This document shows positions 35,710-45,000 of a stretch of DNA of 64,000 bases, piece by piece (position 1 is the stretch's first letter; each line of letters starts with the position of its first letter). The DNA is from a virus (lineage: Duplodnaviria; Caudoviricetes): positions 10,142-74,141 of the IMG/VR virus record IMGVR_UViG_3300025936_000020. One strand, written 5' to 3'. The translations under genes and the position numbers were made by a program. The notes beneath the pieces were generated by a model. That model did no database searches. It saw only the letters and a program-made list of their open reading frames with translations, and was not told the origin of the DNA.

Positions 35710-36479
35710 ACTTGGGCGTTGTTGCGTACTGCCCCCCGAAGGGCGTTCTGAACAGCGATGCCTTCTACGACAACATTACGAAAACGAAGGCGCACCATCC
35801 CCTGTTCCTGTTCAGCGACGATTCCAGGTGGAACCCGTCACAGTTAATCAAGTGGCCGGAGTTCTCAGGGAAGCGGCCGGGGTGGACGATCAATAATTTC
35901 GTGTTCTTCAAGGCGCTGGAGATCGCCAGGGCGGCAAAGCTCGATTACTACCTGTACGTCGAGTCGGACTCCAGGGTATGTGGGGACGGCTTCGACCAGT
36001 GGATCTTCGACGATTTCTTCGCTCGCTATCCGAATGGGATCTGTGCGGCCGGATCGCCCGTATGTTGGGACGTGTGCGCCGGCGGCCGCGAGTTCGCCAA
36101 GCGCGTGATCTCGGAGGCGTGGAAGTTCCAAGAGGCGACTGGTATCCCAATGTCGTTCTACTCCGGAAAGAACCCCATGGATTGTTCCGGGTCGGCCTAT
36201 TATCCCAACGGATCGTTGGCAGTGTATCAGACCGAGGCCCTGCTCAAGATTTTCGCTGGATTCGATCTGGACATCGTGAGTTATTCGCGGCGTATCACGG
36301 CATTCGACCTTGCCCTGGGCAGGGCTCTTTGGAACTACCACGGGCCAAAAGCCGTCGAGCATGTGGGCTGGCTTTCGGCCTGCTACTCGGCCTACGGCAA
36401 TTGCGTTACCACGGAGAAGGAGAGGCTTGAGTTTCTTGCTGCTGGAAAGTTCGCGGCAGTGCACCAGGTGAAAGGATAA
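35691..36479 (+). CDS. Putative glycosyltransferase
   Basis: YLYVESDSRV (DxD-like), NG.LAVY, AFD motifs; GT-A-like layout. Confidence 0.55.
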   Translation: MQEDRLNLGVVAYCPPKGVLNSDAFYDNITKTKAHHPLFLFSDDSRWNPSQLIKWPEFSGKRPGWTINNFVFFKALEIARAAKLDYYLYVESDSRVCGDGFDQWIFDDFFARYPNGICAAGSPVCWDVCAGGREFAKRVISEAWKFQEATGIPMSFYSGKNPMDCSGSAYYPNGSLAVYQTEALLKIFAGFDLDIVSYSRRITAFDLALGRALWNYHGPKAVEHVGWLSACYSAYGNCVTTEKERLEFLAAGKFAAVHQVKG

Positions 36480-36830
36480 ATGAACTTCGATTTCACTGAC
36501 CCCGACAAGATCGCGATTGAATGCGGCATGTTCATTCTTGACGGGCGTCAAGTCATCCCGACGGAGAGTATATTGGAGTGGGGGAAGTGTTTCCAGGATT
36601 CCGAAAAGCGGATAGTCGCCCGCACCGAGATCGGGAATATCACAGTGTCCACTGTGTTCCTGGGTGTTGATCACGGATGGGGACCTCGCAGCGAAGGCCT
36701 GGTATTCGAGACGATGGTGTTCGGGTACGATGGCAACGAGCATATGACGACGCGCTACCGGACCTGGGAGGAAGCGGAGAACGGGCACAACAAGATAGTA
36801 GGGGAGATCGAACGAACGGAGCAGCCATGA
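36480..36830 (+). CDS. Conserved phage protein (VSTVFLG.DH...FETMVF)
   Basis: Signature motif VSTVFLGVDHG...FETMVFG...RY.TWEEA..GH. Confidence 0.8.
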   Translation: MNFDFTDPDKIAIECGMFILDGRQVIPTESILEWGKCFQDSEKRIVARTEIGNITVSTVFLGVDHGWGPRSEGLVFETMVFGYDGNEHMTTRYRTWEEAENGHNKIVGEIERTEQP

Positions 36831-37558
36831 CCAACGACCTCTTCATCAAAAGCTGCGCCAAGGACGTGGAGTGGCTGAAGTACAGCCTCCGGTCCATCCA
36901 GAAATTCTGCACCGGATTCAGGGATGTTGTTCTCCTGTTCCCCGAGGAGGAGAAGGATGCGCTGGTTCCGTTGAACCTGAAGGCCGAGAAGGTCCACTTC
37001 ACCCGGGAAAGCGGGGACCGCTACCTCTGGCAACAGGTGGAGAAACTGCGGGCCTACTGCTACTCAGACGCGCAATTCTTTACCTACGTGGATTCCGACG
37101 TGGTGTTCACCAGGCCGGTGCGCCCGGAGGATCTATTCTTTGAAGGGAAGCCGACCATTCTGTATACGCCCTACTCGGTGCTGGTGAAGAAGGATGGAAC
37201 TCCCGATACGCCGTGGCAGCGGATTACCGAGGCCGCGCTGAAGCATCCGGTGGAGCATGAGTTCATGAGGCGCCATCCGATGACGGCCTCGCGTTGGCTG
37301 CTCCAGGAATTTAAGGTGTTCATGATGGGCGCACACGGGAAGCCCTTGGAGGATTACATCATGGCGCAGAAGGACCGGGCATTCAGCGAATTCAATGCCC
37401 TCTTCGCATTCGATTATTACGACGCGTCGGAAGGAAGGAACAGTCACTTCGTCAACACTGAGCCTGCGCCGATCCCTGCGCCTGTGGCCCGCCAATTTTG
37501 GAGCTGGTCCGGAGTCGGAGATGACGAGCGCAGGCAGATGGAGGAGATATTGAAATGA
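36827..37558 (+). CDS. Putative glycosyltransferase (DUF6492-like)
   Basis: WL.YSL.SI, WQQVEKL, YVDSDVVF (DxD), FSEFN. Confidence 0.65.
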   Translation: MTNDLFIKSCAKDVEWLKYSLRSIQKFCTGFRDVVLLFPEEEKDALVPLNLKAEKVHFTRESGDRYLWQQVEKLRAYCYSDAQFFTYVDSDVVFTRPVRPEDLFFEGKPTILYTPYSVLVKKDGTPDTPWQRITEAALKHPVEHEFMRRHPMTASRWLLQEFKVFMMGAHGKPLEDYIMAQKDRAFSEFNALFAFDYYDASEGRNSHFVNTEPAPIPAPVARQFWSWSGVGDDERRQMEEILK

Positions 37559-37758
37559 CGCAGAAGCACGCCATAGTCGAAGTGTCCGGCTACGAGATCC
37601 CGCTCATCGGCATCCCGGTGGGCGAAACACTTGAGACATGCGATCTGTGCGGGGACGTGTTCTCGATTTGGCAGGTGGAACTGACTCGAAACGGCAAGCA
37701 GTTCCTGTGCAAGCGTTGTCGATCAACCGAGAAGGAGATACTCAATCGACGTGGTTAA
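37555..37758 (+). CDS. Small Zn-finger protein
   Basis: CDLCG...CKRC. Confidence 0.65.
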   Translation: MTQKHAIVEVSGYEIPLIGIPVGETLETCDLCGDVFSIWQVELTRNGKQFLCKRCRSTEKEILNRRG

Positions 37759-38161
37759 AGACCCTGAAAAACTTCGGCGCAGAAAAGAGATGACCCGAAT
37801 CAGGGTCGCTATTTGGAGATCAAAAAACCGTGACCGCGCTTTGCAGATGGCTCGCGAGTGGCGCGATCGCAACCCGGAACGTCAGCGGAAAAACCATCAG
37901 CTTTGGCTGGCTCGAAACCGAGAGCATTGGCTTCAACAGCAGCGCGAATATCGGCAGCGCAATCCGGATGCCAGGCGCGAGTACGCGCGATCATGGCGCC
38001 GCAGGTTGCCCGACAAATATCTGATCAGCCTGATTTTCCATCCGCGCCAGCGCAACTACAAGCCGGTCCCGAGACGGCGATTCAGCTGTGCTCCGGCTCT
38101 ATTGACTTTGAAGCGGGCCCAAGTTCAGCTAAAGCGGGCCATCCGAAACGCTCATGGATAA
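37751..38161 (+). CDS. Arg/Trp-repeat helical protein (HNH N-terminal repeat-like, no nuclease motif)
   Basis: Repeats WRxxNxE/D; ends LKRAQVQLKRAI. Confidence 0.6.
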   Translation: MVKDPEKLRRRKEMTRIRVAIWRSKNRDRALQMAREWRDRNPERQRKNHQLWLARNREHWLQQQREYRQRNPDARREYARSWRRRLPDKYLISLIFHPRQRNYKPVPRRRFSCAPALLTLKRAQVQLKRAIRNAHG

Positions 38162-38402
38162 AAGAATAAAAGCTATGGACGAGGTGCTGGCAATTCTCAG
38201 CGAGCATCTTGAGAAGTTGCGCCCGGTGAACAAGCCTCAATACAACGACATCTCAGCCGCTTGCACCGCCGCTAAGGTAGTGGACGCTTACCTGAACACC
38301 GTGATGACCTGCATGGAATACTACAAGATGAGCGACCAAGAATTGGACTTTGACTTCATGCAGCTCGGTATCGAAGACAAAACCAAACCGCCTAAGAAAT
38401 GA
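38154..38402 (+). CDS. Small hypothetical protein
   Basis: Coupled chain. Confidence 0.55.
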   Translation: MDKRIKAMDEVLAILSEHLEKLRPVNKPQYNDISAACTAAKVVDAYLNTVMTCMEYYKMSDQELDFDFMQLGIEDKTKPPKK

Positions 38403-38701
38403 ACACCTCAGAAAAAACCGCAGTCACACTTATCGCATTCGGGGCAGCAATGGTGGTTGCCGGGTTCCATGACTTAATGCTTCAAAAGAAGATCGCCGTC
38501 ATCGAACGACGCGTTGAAAACCTAGACATCGGCATGGCAGACCTGGCCACGCGACAGACGATGACAGAATTGAAAGCTACCGAAGCGCTGGCGGACCTTG
38601 CAGCATTGCGCCAAGCGATTTTGGCGGCGGGTCGGAATCTGCCGCGCTGGACGACGACCAACACAATCGACACCAACCTAAACGCCCCAACCAAACCATG
38701 A
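38399..38701 (+). CDS. Membrane-anchored coiled-coil protein (spanin/Rz-like position possible)
   Basis: N-terminal hydrophobic segment then heptads. Confidence 0.5.
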   Translation: MNTSEKTAVTLIAFGAAMVVAGFHDLMLQKKIAVIERRVENLDIGMADLATRQTMTELKATEALADLAALRQAILAAGRNLPRWTTTNTIDTNLNAPTKP

Positions 38702-38910
38702 ACACTTGGAAACAATACCGACGAAAAGGACTGAGCGAACTGCGACCGTACTTGCCCGGCGAGGACATGACTGGCATTAGCATCAGCGAGCCGGACAAAC
38801 AAGCAGGATCTCCAAAGGAAGGCGACATGATCGCCAGAAATCCCAAGAACCATGCCGACCAATGGCTCGTGGCCAAGAGATACTTCGAGGACAATCTGGA
38901 GGCGGTGTAG
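38698..38910 (+). CDS. Conserved small phage protein
   Basis: KQYRRK..SELRPY.PGE...GDMIARNPKNH.DQWLV...YF.DN. Confidence 0.75.
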   Translation: MNTWKQYRRKGLSELRPYLPGEDMTGISISEPDKQAGSPKEGDMIARNPKNHADQWLVAKRYFEDNLEAV

Positions 38911-38911
38911 T

Positions 38912-39523
38912 TCACGCCTTCTTCCGAACCACGCACAGCCCCTTCCGGAACGTGATCGTGTCGATGTCCGACCACAGATCGGACGGTTCCGGCTTTCCAA
39001 TCGCCTTGGCTCCCCTCCCCTGCATCTCCGTGGCGATCCGAGTCATGGAGTCCATGATGTTCTCGGCGGCATCGCACAGTTCCGGAGCGGCGTGGCTATG
39101 CAGATCCTCGATGCAGTAGAATCCTCCGGGAACAATCCTAGGCCAGAGAGCGTTGAAGGATTTGATCTGAGCCGAGGCGAAGTGACCCCCGTCATCGACA
39201 CAGATATTGAACACGGTCAATCCAAGCAGTGTATTCAGCTTCTCCGTATCCTCCTGGCGGCAGTTCAACAGGTGGACCCTTGCGTCCTCGATCGGCTGGC
39301 AGAATTCTGGATGCGGGTCCAGCCCATAGATTCTGGCCGACGGATGGGCGAAGTATCTCGCCCAGGTGCGTATCCCAGCCCCGCCGAGCACGCCTATTTC
39401 CAAGAGCGCAACCGGATCGTACCGGATCTGATGGAACAGATCTCCGTAGGTCCGCATGTAATCATGCAGCCCGTTCGATGCCCGGTCGGTTCCCTCCTGG
39501 CAGGCGATAAAGTCCAGGGTCAT
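38912..39523 (-). CDS. Class I SAM-dependent (sugar O-)methyltransferase
   Basis: LLEIGV..GA, DDGGH, GGFYCIEDLH. Confidence 0.85.
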   Translation of the reverse strand: MTLDFIACQEGTDRASNGLHDYMRTYGDLFHQIRYDPVALLEIGVLGGAGIRTWARYFAHPSARIYGLDPHPEFCQPIEDARVHLLNCRQEDTEKLNTLLGLTVFNICVDDGGHFASAQIKSFNALWPRIVPGGFYCIEDLHSHAAPELCDAAENIMDSMTRIATEMQGRGAKAIGKPEPSDLWSDIDTITFRKGLCVVRKKA

Positions 39524-40350
39524 ACCTTCAACGGCTCAATCGGATCCGACCAGCTCAAGCCGTATCCGTCAACGTCCAACTGGGTGACCGCGGTGCACGG
39601 CCTTGCGAAGATGTCGAGCGAATCAATCGACTGCCAGTAAGCGTCATCAAACGGGAGCAGCAGGTACTTCTCGTTCAGCCGGCGGAACAGGTAAAGGGTG
39701 AAGTGCCTGGACACATGGTTGCCGGTCCAGAAGAACCGCTTCTTCGTCCACCATTCCTTGAAGTGATCGGCCATCTCCGGAAAGCTGGACAGGGTGCAGA
39801 TATTGTAGAACTTCTCCAGGGCAGCAAGGCCGCGGTCAACCATCTGCTTCGAAATCTCCGGCGTCATGCCCGATGCGTGGATGATGTCGCGCAGTGCCTG
39901 ATCGAACTGAACCTGGTCGTTGAACAGCAGAAATCTGTCATGCCAGTTCGGAAGGCAAACATCGATCTTCGGGTTCAGGCCGAACTGATAAATATTTTTC
40001 GCCCATTCCTTCGACGAGTTGAACATCCCGTACCAGGCGTAGTATTCGTGGACGTAAATCTCGGCCGACTGCAACACTCCCAGGATCCTCGGGTCCTTCT
40101 CGCAGGCTTTGATCCGCGCTTCGAAATCAACCGTTTTTCCGCTCTCGTCCCAGTGCCAGTCGGTTGGATCGATCCGGTAAATGGTCAGTTGATTGCCAGA
40201 CCTGAGGTTCCAGATGACCAAATAGTTCAACAACTGTAGGGTTCTGCAGCTCCCTAAAATCAGAATCTTTTTAGGCCCTGAACCAGACCGGTAGTATCCA
40301 TTCTGGAGCTGCTCCTTCTGTGTTTGGACTGTGCTGATAAATGAATTCAT
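39520..40350 (-). CDS. WcbI-like polysaccharide modification protein
   Basis: ILGSCRT (cf. GNCQ motif of WcbI), FFWT.NH.. Confidence 0.5.
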   Translation of the reverse strand: MNSFISTVQTQKEQLQNGYYRSGSGPKKILILGSCRTLQLLNYLVIWNLRSGNQLTIYRIDPTDWHWDESGKTVDFEARIKACEKDPRILGVLQSAEIYVHEYYAWYGMFNSSKEWAKNIYQFGLNPKIDVCLPNWHDRFLLFNDQVQFDQALRDIIHASGMTPEISKQMVDRGLAALEKFYNICTLSSFPEMADHFKEWWTKKRFFWTGNHVSRHFTLYLFRRLNEKYLLLPFDDAYWQSIDSLDIFARPCTAVTQLDVDGYGLSWSDPIEPLKV

Positions 40351-40823
40351 ACCGGATTCAGCCCCGCCCATTCACCGCGTCTTTCGAGAGCCGCCCTATT
40401 ATAGGCGCGAGCCGCATCTTCTTCCACGGGGAATGTCCCGAGGTGTGTGCTTATGCCGTCCTGTTTGATAGCAGCCGCGTATCCCCACCGAGTTCTGTAA
40501 ACCCCAAGAAACCTGGATGACGACCCTCTGGCAGAACTTTTGTTCCACTGGTTCTGCGTATGCGTGCAGGCGACGATGTTTGCCCGCCAGTTGTGCAGGC
40601 CGTTATGATCTCGGTGGTGAACCTGTATTCGAGGGTCAGTCACGTTCAGCAAAAACCGATGCATCCCTTGAATCTTCTGGTTGCCTTTGCCGTGACCGGT
40701 CTGCCGCGCTGCGTAAAAAGTCCACGGGTTTCTCATTGCGAACCAATTGTACTGTGCCAGCACCTCGAAGTCCTCGTCATCGACGATGGCGACTTGTCCT
40801 TGCGAAAGTTGTATTTCTCTCAT
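40347..40823 (-). CDS. HNH-AP2 homing endonuclease
   Basis: IQLSQG.VAIVDDED, MHRFLL...VHHRDHNGLHN...N, AP2-like LGTF..EEDAARAYN.AA. Confidence 0.9.
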   Translation of the reverse strand: MREIQLSQGQVAIVDDEDFEVLAQYNWFAMRNPWTFYAARQTGHGKGNQKIQGMHRFLLNVTDPRIQVHHRDHNGLHNWRANIVACTHTQNQWNKSSARGSSSRFLGVYRTRWGYAAAIKQDGISTHLGTFPVEEDAARAYNRAALERRGEWAGLNPV

Positions 40824-41542
40824 GGCGGTAGGTGCTGTTTTAACAAACGCATCACCAGCGCGTCAACGCTTCTGTCCGGATCGTGTTTACACCGGAAGAA
40901 ATATTGGTCGTCGGCTTTGGCGACGTCACCCCAGTCCACGAAGTCGAATCCCGGTTTTCCGCCGTAGGACAGGACGTTCCATCCGGTGTCCGTCTTGTTG
41001 ATCGAACACATCTTTCCGTTGGACAGGACGTGGCCGCAGTCCTGGGCCAGCTCCGACATCGCGACGTCCTCCATCAGGGTGTGGCGCCATTTGGCCTGCT
41101 GGCCGACGAGGTCTTCAACTACGTCGTGCGACATGATGTATTGCCCGCCGCCCCACATGAATGGGCGAAGCACCTGGCAATGGTAGGTCGGCAGGGCGAC
41201 GATACCCTGCATGACACCGCGCTCTGGAAGGGACTGGCAATGATCCAGCAGGAGTCTCTTCCGGACATAGCAGCTTATGTTCGGGCGGGCCAGGTAATCG
41301 AACTGCCAGGTCTTTAACGCGTGGGCGAATGCAGCCAGGGTGATGCGCCCGACGAAGTTCAACTCGTCCGGAACCGAGAAGGAAAGGATCCGATCGGTGT
41401 CCCCGCCGGTTGGTCTGCCGGTGTAATACACGGTCCGGGTCCCTTCCAACGGTTCGGCGTCCCATGTTTCCATCGCCGTATCGATCATCTTCCGGTATGG
41501 TTCCTTCTTGGACGACAGGACGTAGATGAGGACAGTTTTCAT
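40820..41542 (-). CDS. Putative glycosyltransferase (GT31/galactosyltransferase-like)
   Basis: FDYLARPN, GGGQYIMSHD, EDVAMS; ATG 41542. Confidence 0.7.
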   Translation of the reverse strand: MKTVLIYVLSSKKEPYRKMIDTAMETWDAEPLEGTRTVYYTGRPTGGDTDRILSFSVPDELNFVGRITLAAFAHALKTWQFDYLARPNISCYVRKRLLLDHCQSLPERGVMQGIVALPTYHCQVLRPFMWGGGQYIMSHDVVEDLVGQQAKWRHTLMEDVAMSELAQDCGHVLSNGKMCSINKTDTGWNVLSYGGKPGFDFVDWGDVAKADDQYFFRCKHDPDRSVDALVMRLLKQHLPP

Positions 41543-41545
41543 TTT

Positions 41546-41803
41546 ATGAATCGAAAGCAAATCGCCGAGACACTCAAGAAGCACAACATCAAAGTCCTCT
41601 CAGTCGAGGAGTGCGCCAAGTGCGACTGGCATCTCTGCGTCGATCATCGGATGGCCGAGACCGATGCGGAAGGCAAATGCTTCGTGTGCGGCAAGCCGGT
41701 CTTCTTCAAAGACAAGTTTCCCGAAGGCGGTCCTCAGCCCAAGAAGATCTGCATTCAATGCGCTGTGGATTATTCGAGAGGCGAGAAGGCGTTCGGGGCA
41801 TGA
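41546..41803 (+). CDS. Small Zn-finger protein
   Basis: CAKC, CFVCG, CIQC. Confidence 0.55.
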   Translation: MNRKQIAETLKKHNIKVLSVEECAKCDWHLCVDHRMAETDAEGKCFVCGKPVFFKDKFPEGGPQPKKICIQCAVDYSRGEKAFGA

Positions 41804-41813
41804 TGGTCTATTT

Positions 41814-42029
41814 ATGAAAAACTACACCCTTCGAGAAACGCTTATTGTGATCTCACAGCTGATCGGATTCGTTTGGTTGCTGCACATCGACATGCGGCTG
41901 TGTTTGATCATGTATTTGATCAATCCGGAAGTAATTCTAAAGCGCCAGCCTCCGGAGCCTCCGACCCACCCGCGGCCTTGCCAGAACAGGCCTGAGCAGG
42001 TTCCTGGTTCGCCGCCCTCTGGCCAATGA
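41814..42029 (+). CDS. Small membrane protein
   Basis: Hydrophobic N-half, Pro-rich tail; overlaps the 3' end of the giant gene. Confidence 0.4.
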   Translation: MKNYTLRETLIVISQLIGFVWLLHIDMRLCLIMYLINPEVILKRQPPEPPTHPRPCQNRPEQVPGSPPSGQ

Positions 42030-45000
42030 CCGGCTCCTGAACGATGACCGAACCGGCCTCGGTGCCAGCGACAGCGTTCCTTGGCCGCCCAGTCCAACCA
42101 CGCCAGGTCCCGCTATAAACCCTCCCAGCGCTGCCGACCGTGGCAGACCCGCACGTAACCCTCCAGCACCGGCAATCGCCGCTCTGGCACCCCCTGCCGC
42201 CCCGCCTCCACCCCCACCGTAACGACTCGCAAGTTCTTCGAAAGCCGAATTGGCCTTGTCCACTGCTTCCCTGCCGGCCGGTTTCAGCCGGGAATACACC
42301 AGATCCCGTTCTTCATCGGTCAGCCTGCGCGAAAACACTGCAGATTCCGGAGCTCGGGTCCGGATGGCGGATACGATCGCTTGTTCCGGATTCGGGATTC
42401 CGAGCGCCGTTGCCTGGGCCACAGCCCTTTGAAAGACTTCGTCAGCCGTGCCCCAATCACCGGCCATCGCCGCATTCAGGATGGCGTTGTAAAGCGGGGT
42501 CATCGGCGTGGCCCTGATATCGCTTCCGGACGCTGGCTGCCTGCGCCGCGCTTCCAGGCTATCCGGCGTGGCTGCCCTGAGCGCATTGCTGGCGTTCCTA
42601 AGATCAACCAGACCTTCGCGGCCCGGCAACCGGTTGATGACGGCGCGCAGAGCCGGGTTGTAGCGCGCGAGCAGATCCAGCGTCGGGCCCGTGTAATCCC
42701 CGCTCTGCCACATCTTCGCAGCCGCTCCGGCCAGGTCGGTCGCAAGATTGTAGAGGAAGACCGGGTTCCGGTATCCGAGCTTCCCGGGCGTATCGGTAAA
42801 CATCTTGATCGCGCTGCCGATCATTCCCCAATAATTCGCAGATATGGAGGTCAGGATCTTCAGCCGTTCTTCGTCCGTTTCCGCATCCCAAAACCCGGGC
42901 GTGTTGGCCAGCGTATTGTAGAGCGCCTGGTTCACCTTCTGGCCTGCCGTCGTTCCAAAGAGGGAGGCTACTGCGGTAGCCGTCAGGAACCCGAACACGG
43001 CGGGCAGGTAACGGGCGGCGTAGGTCTTCTGGCCGCGAACCTTGGAATACAAATCCCGCATCCTATCCGTGTTCCAGAGCCACCATTGGCTCAAGACTCC
43101 AAGCATCTGCCGCTCCCTGCTGCCCATGAAAAACGTTGGCCGGGTGTTCGGCGTGGCCATGTTCGCGTCTTCGGCCAATGTGAACTGGAGCGCCCACCGT
43201 TGGCCGGGTGTCATGAAAGCCGCGTTGCGGTCCCCGTTCGCGTTCCTCTGGTTCCACCAATACTTCAGCATCACCAGATCCACCGGATCATTGTTTCGCG
43301 TGAACATCCGCCGGATCATCACCGCGGCCTTCCGCACGTTGAGCGGGTTGTACCGGCCAGTCAGCTCGGCCGGGGTAAGCATGATCCCGAGATGATGCTC
43401 GCCCAGCAGGTGCAGGGAGAACTGTTTGAAGTTGTTCCCGTATTGTTCGTAGAGTTGCCGAAACTTTGGATCGGATTCCAGGCGCGCGTCGAAGGATCGG
43501 ATGGCCCTCTTGCGCAGCATGTCGGCGATGGAGTTGCTGATGGCGATTGCCTGGACGTTGATCGAATTATCCACCTGCCGCATTCCAACCTTGCGCCACA
43601 GCGCGGCCCATCCCCTTGGCAGCATTCCCAGCCGGCCAAAGATTTCGGAGCGCAGGCTCAGGTTCGGCTCGGCGCGGATGTCCCGCAGCGCATCCAGCGA
43701 TCCGCGAAGGTTCTGGAGCAACGGCCGTTCCCTGTCCCAACCAAGCGCGTCCTTGTAATCGTAGGCGTCGATGACCCCTGATCTTCGCATCTGTTCCCAG
43801 TCCTGAATGTCCGCAAGCAGACCGGTGAACTGTTCGGCCACAGGCTCCATCGCGTCGGTCATCAGGCTTTTCATGATCCGTTCGCGGTCGGTCTTCGGAA
43901 CAAACTGCCGCTGCACGGCGCGCATGAACGTCTTAACGTGATTCTTCAGGAGCGTGGGGCCTGCCCTCAGCCAGCCTCCGCGCATGACTTCGGCCAGCTT
44001 CATCGCCCAGGTCACTTCGCCGGATGCCCGGTTAACAATCCATGTCGTTGGCGAAAGCAGCACCGTTCCGACTGAGGCGTCGAACATGGGCTTGGCCAAC
44101 TGGCTGATAAGATCGTCTCCGTAGAATTCCTCGCGCCTGCGGATGATGTCGTTGAAATTACCGAGAAGTTTTCCAACCCGATCAATGTTGGCATTGAGTT
44201 CCTCGAGCGTCATTTGGTGGCGTTGGAGCAACGACGGGCCTTCTTCACCGATTCCTTCTGTGACCACCTTCGCGGCTTTCATCCGCGTTCCCACCGATTC
44301 GTTTCCGTAGACTTCGTTCAGCGTTCCCAGCAGCTTCCTTTTCTCCTCCAGCAAAGCGTTCTCCACCAGCTTCAGGTAATCACGAACCCGCACCACATAC
44401 GGTTCCAGCGCGTTGTTCCCCTTTCGGATCACATCGATCGGGTCGGTTATCCCGTAGCGATACAGGGATCCAGGCGCCACCTTGCCTCCGCGCGCCTGGG
44501 TGTATTCGTTCTCGTAGGAGACGATCCCGACCCTGGCCGAGGTCTCCTTCTTTTCGTTATCCTCCTGCATCTTTCGCATGTAGCCTGAGACTTCCTCGAT
44601 CAGGGCCCTCCGGACATCCCCGGCGGTGGCCGGCATCTCCATTTCCCCCAGGTGCATGTTGTGGAGATCGGCGACGAACTGCGACAGGTCCTGGATGTTG
44701 GTCGGCATTTGGTTGTTTGCCATCAACTCCTGCTCATCCTGCCGGATCCGTTTGTAATCGCTGGCGAACCGTCCCTTGCCGAGCATCACGTAGTCGCGAT
44801 CGTCTTCAAGGACATGGCCCAGGACCAACTTGATGAAGTTGTCGTTCTGGTTCAGGAACGTGTCCACGTTGTTCCGCTCGACAGCCAGCTTCCACTGGGC
44901 CGGCAGCGCCCTGGATTCGTCGGTGAGGTAGCGGGTTGTTGTTCCCGGGCCCCTGGACAGCGCGAGCCTCAGGACATCCATGCTGCGCTCCTTGCGCCCG

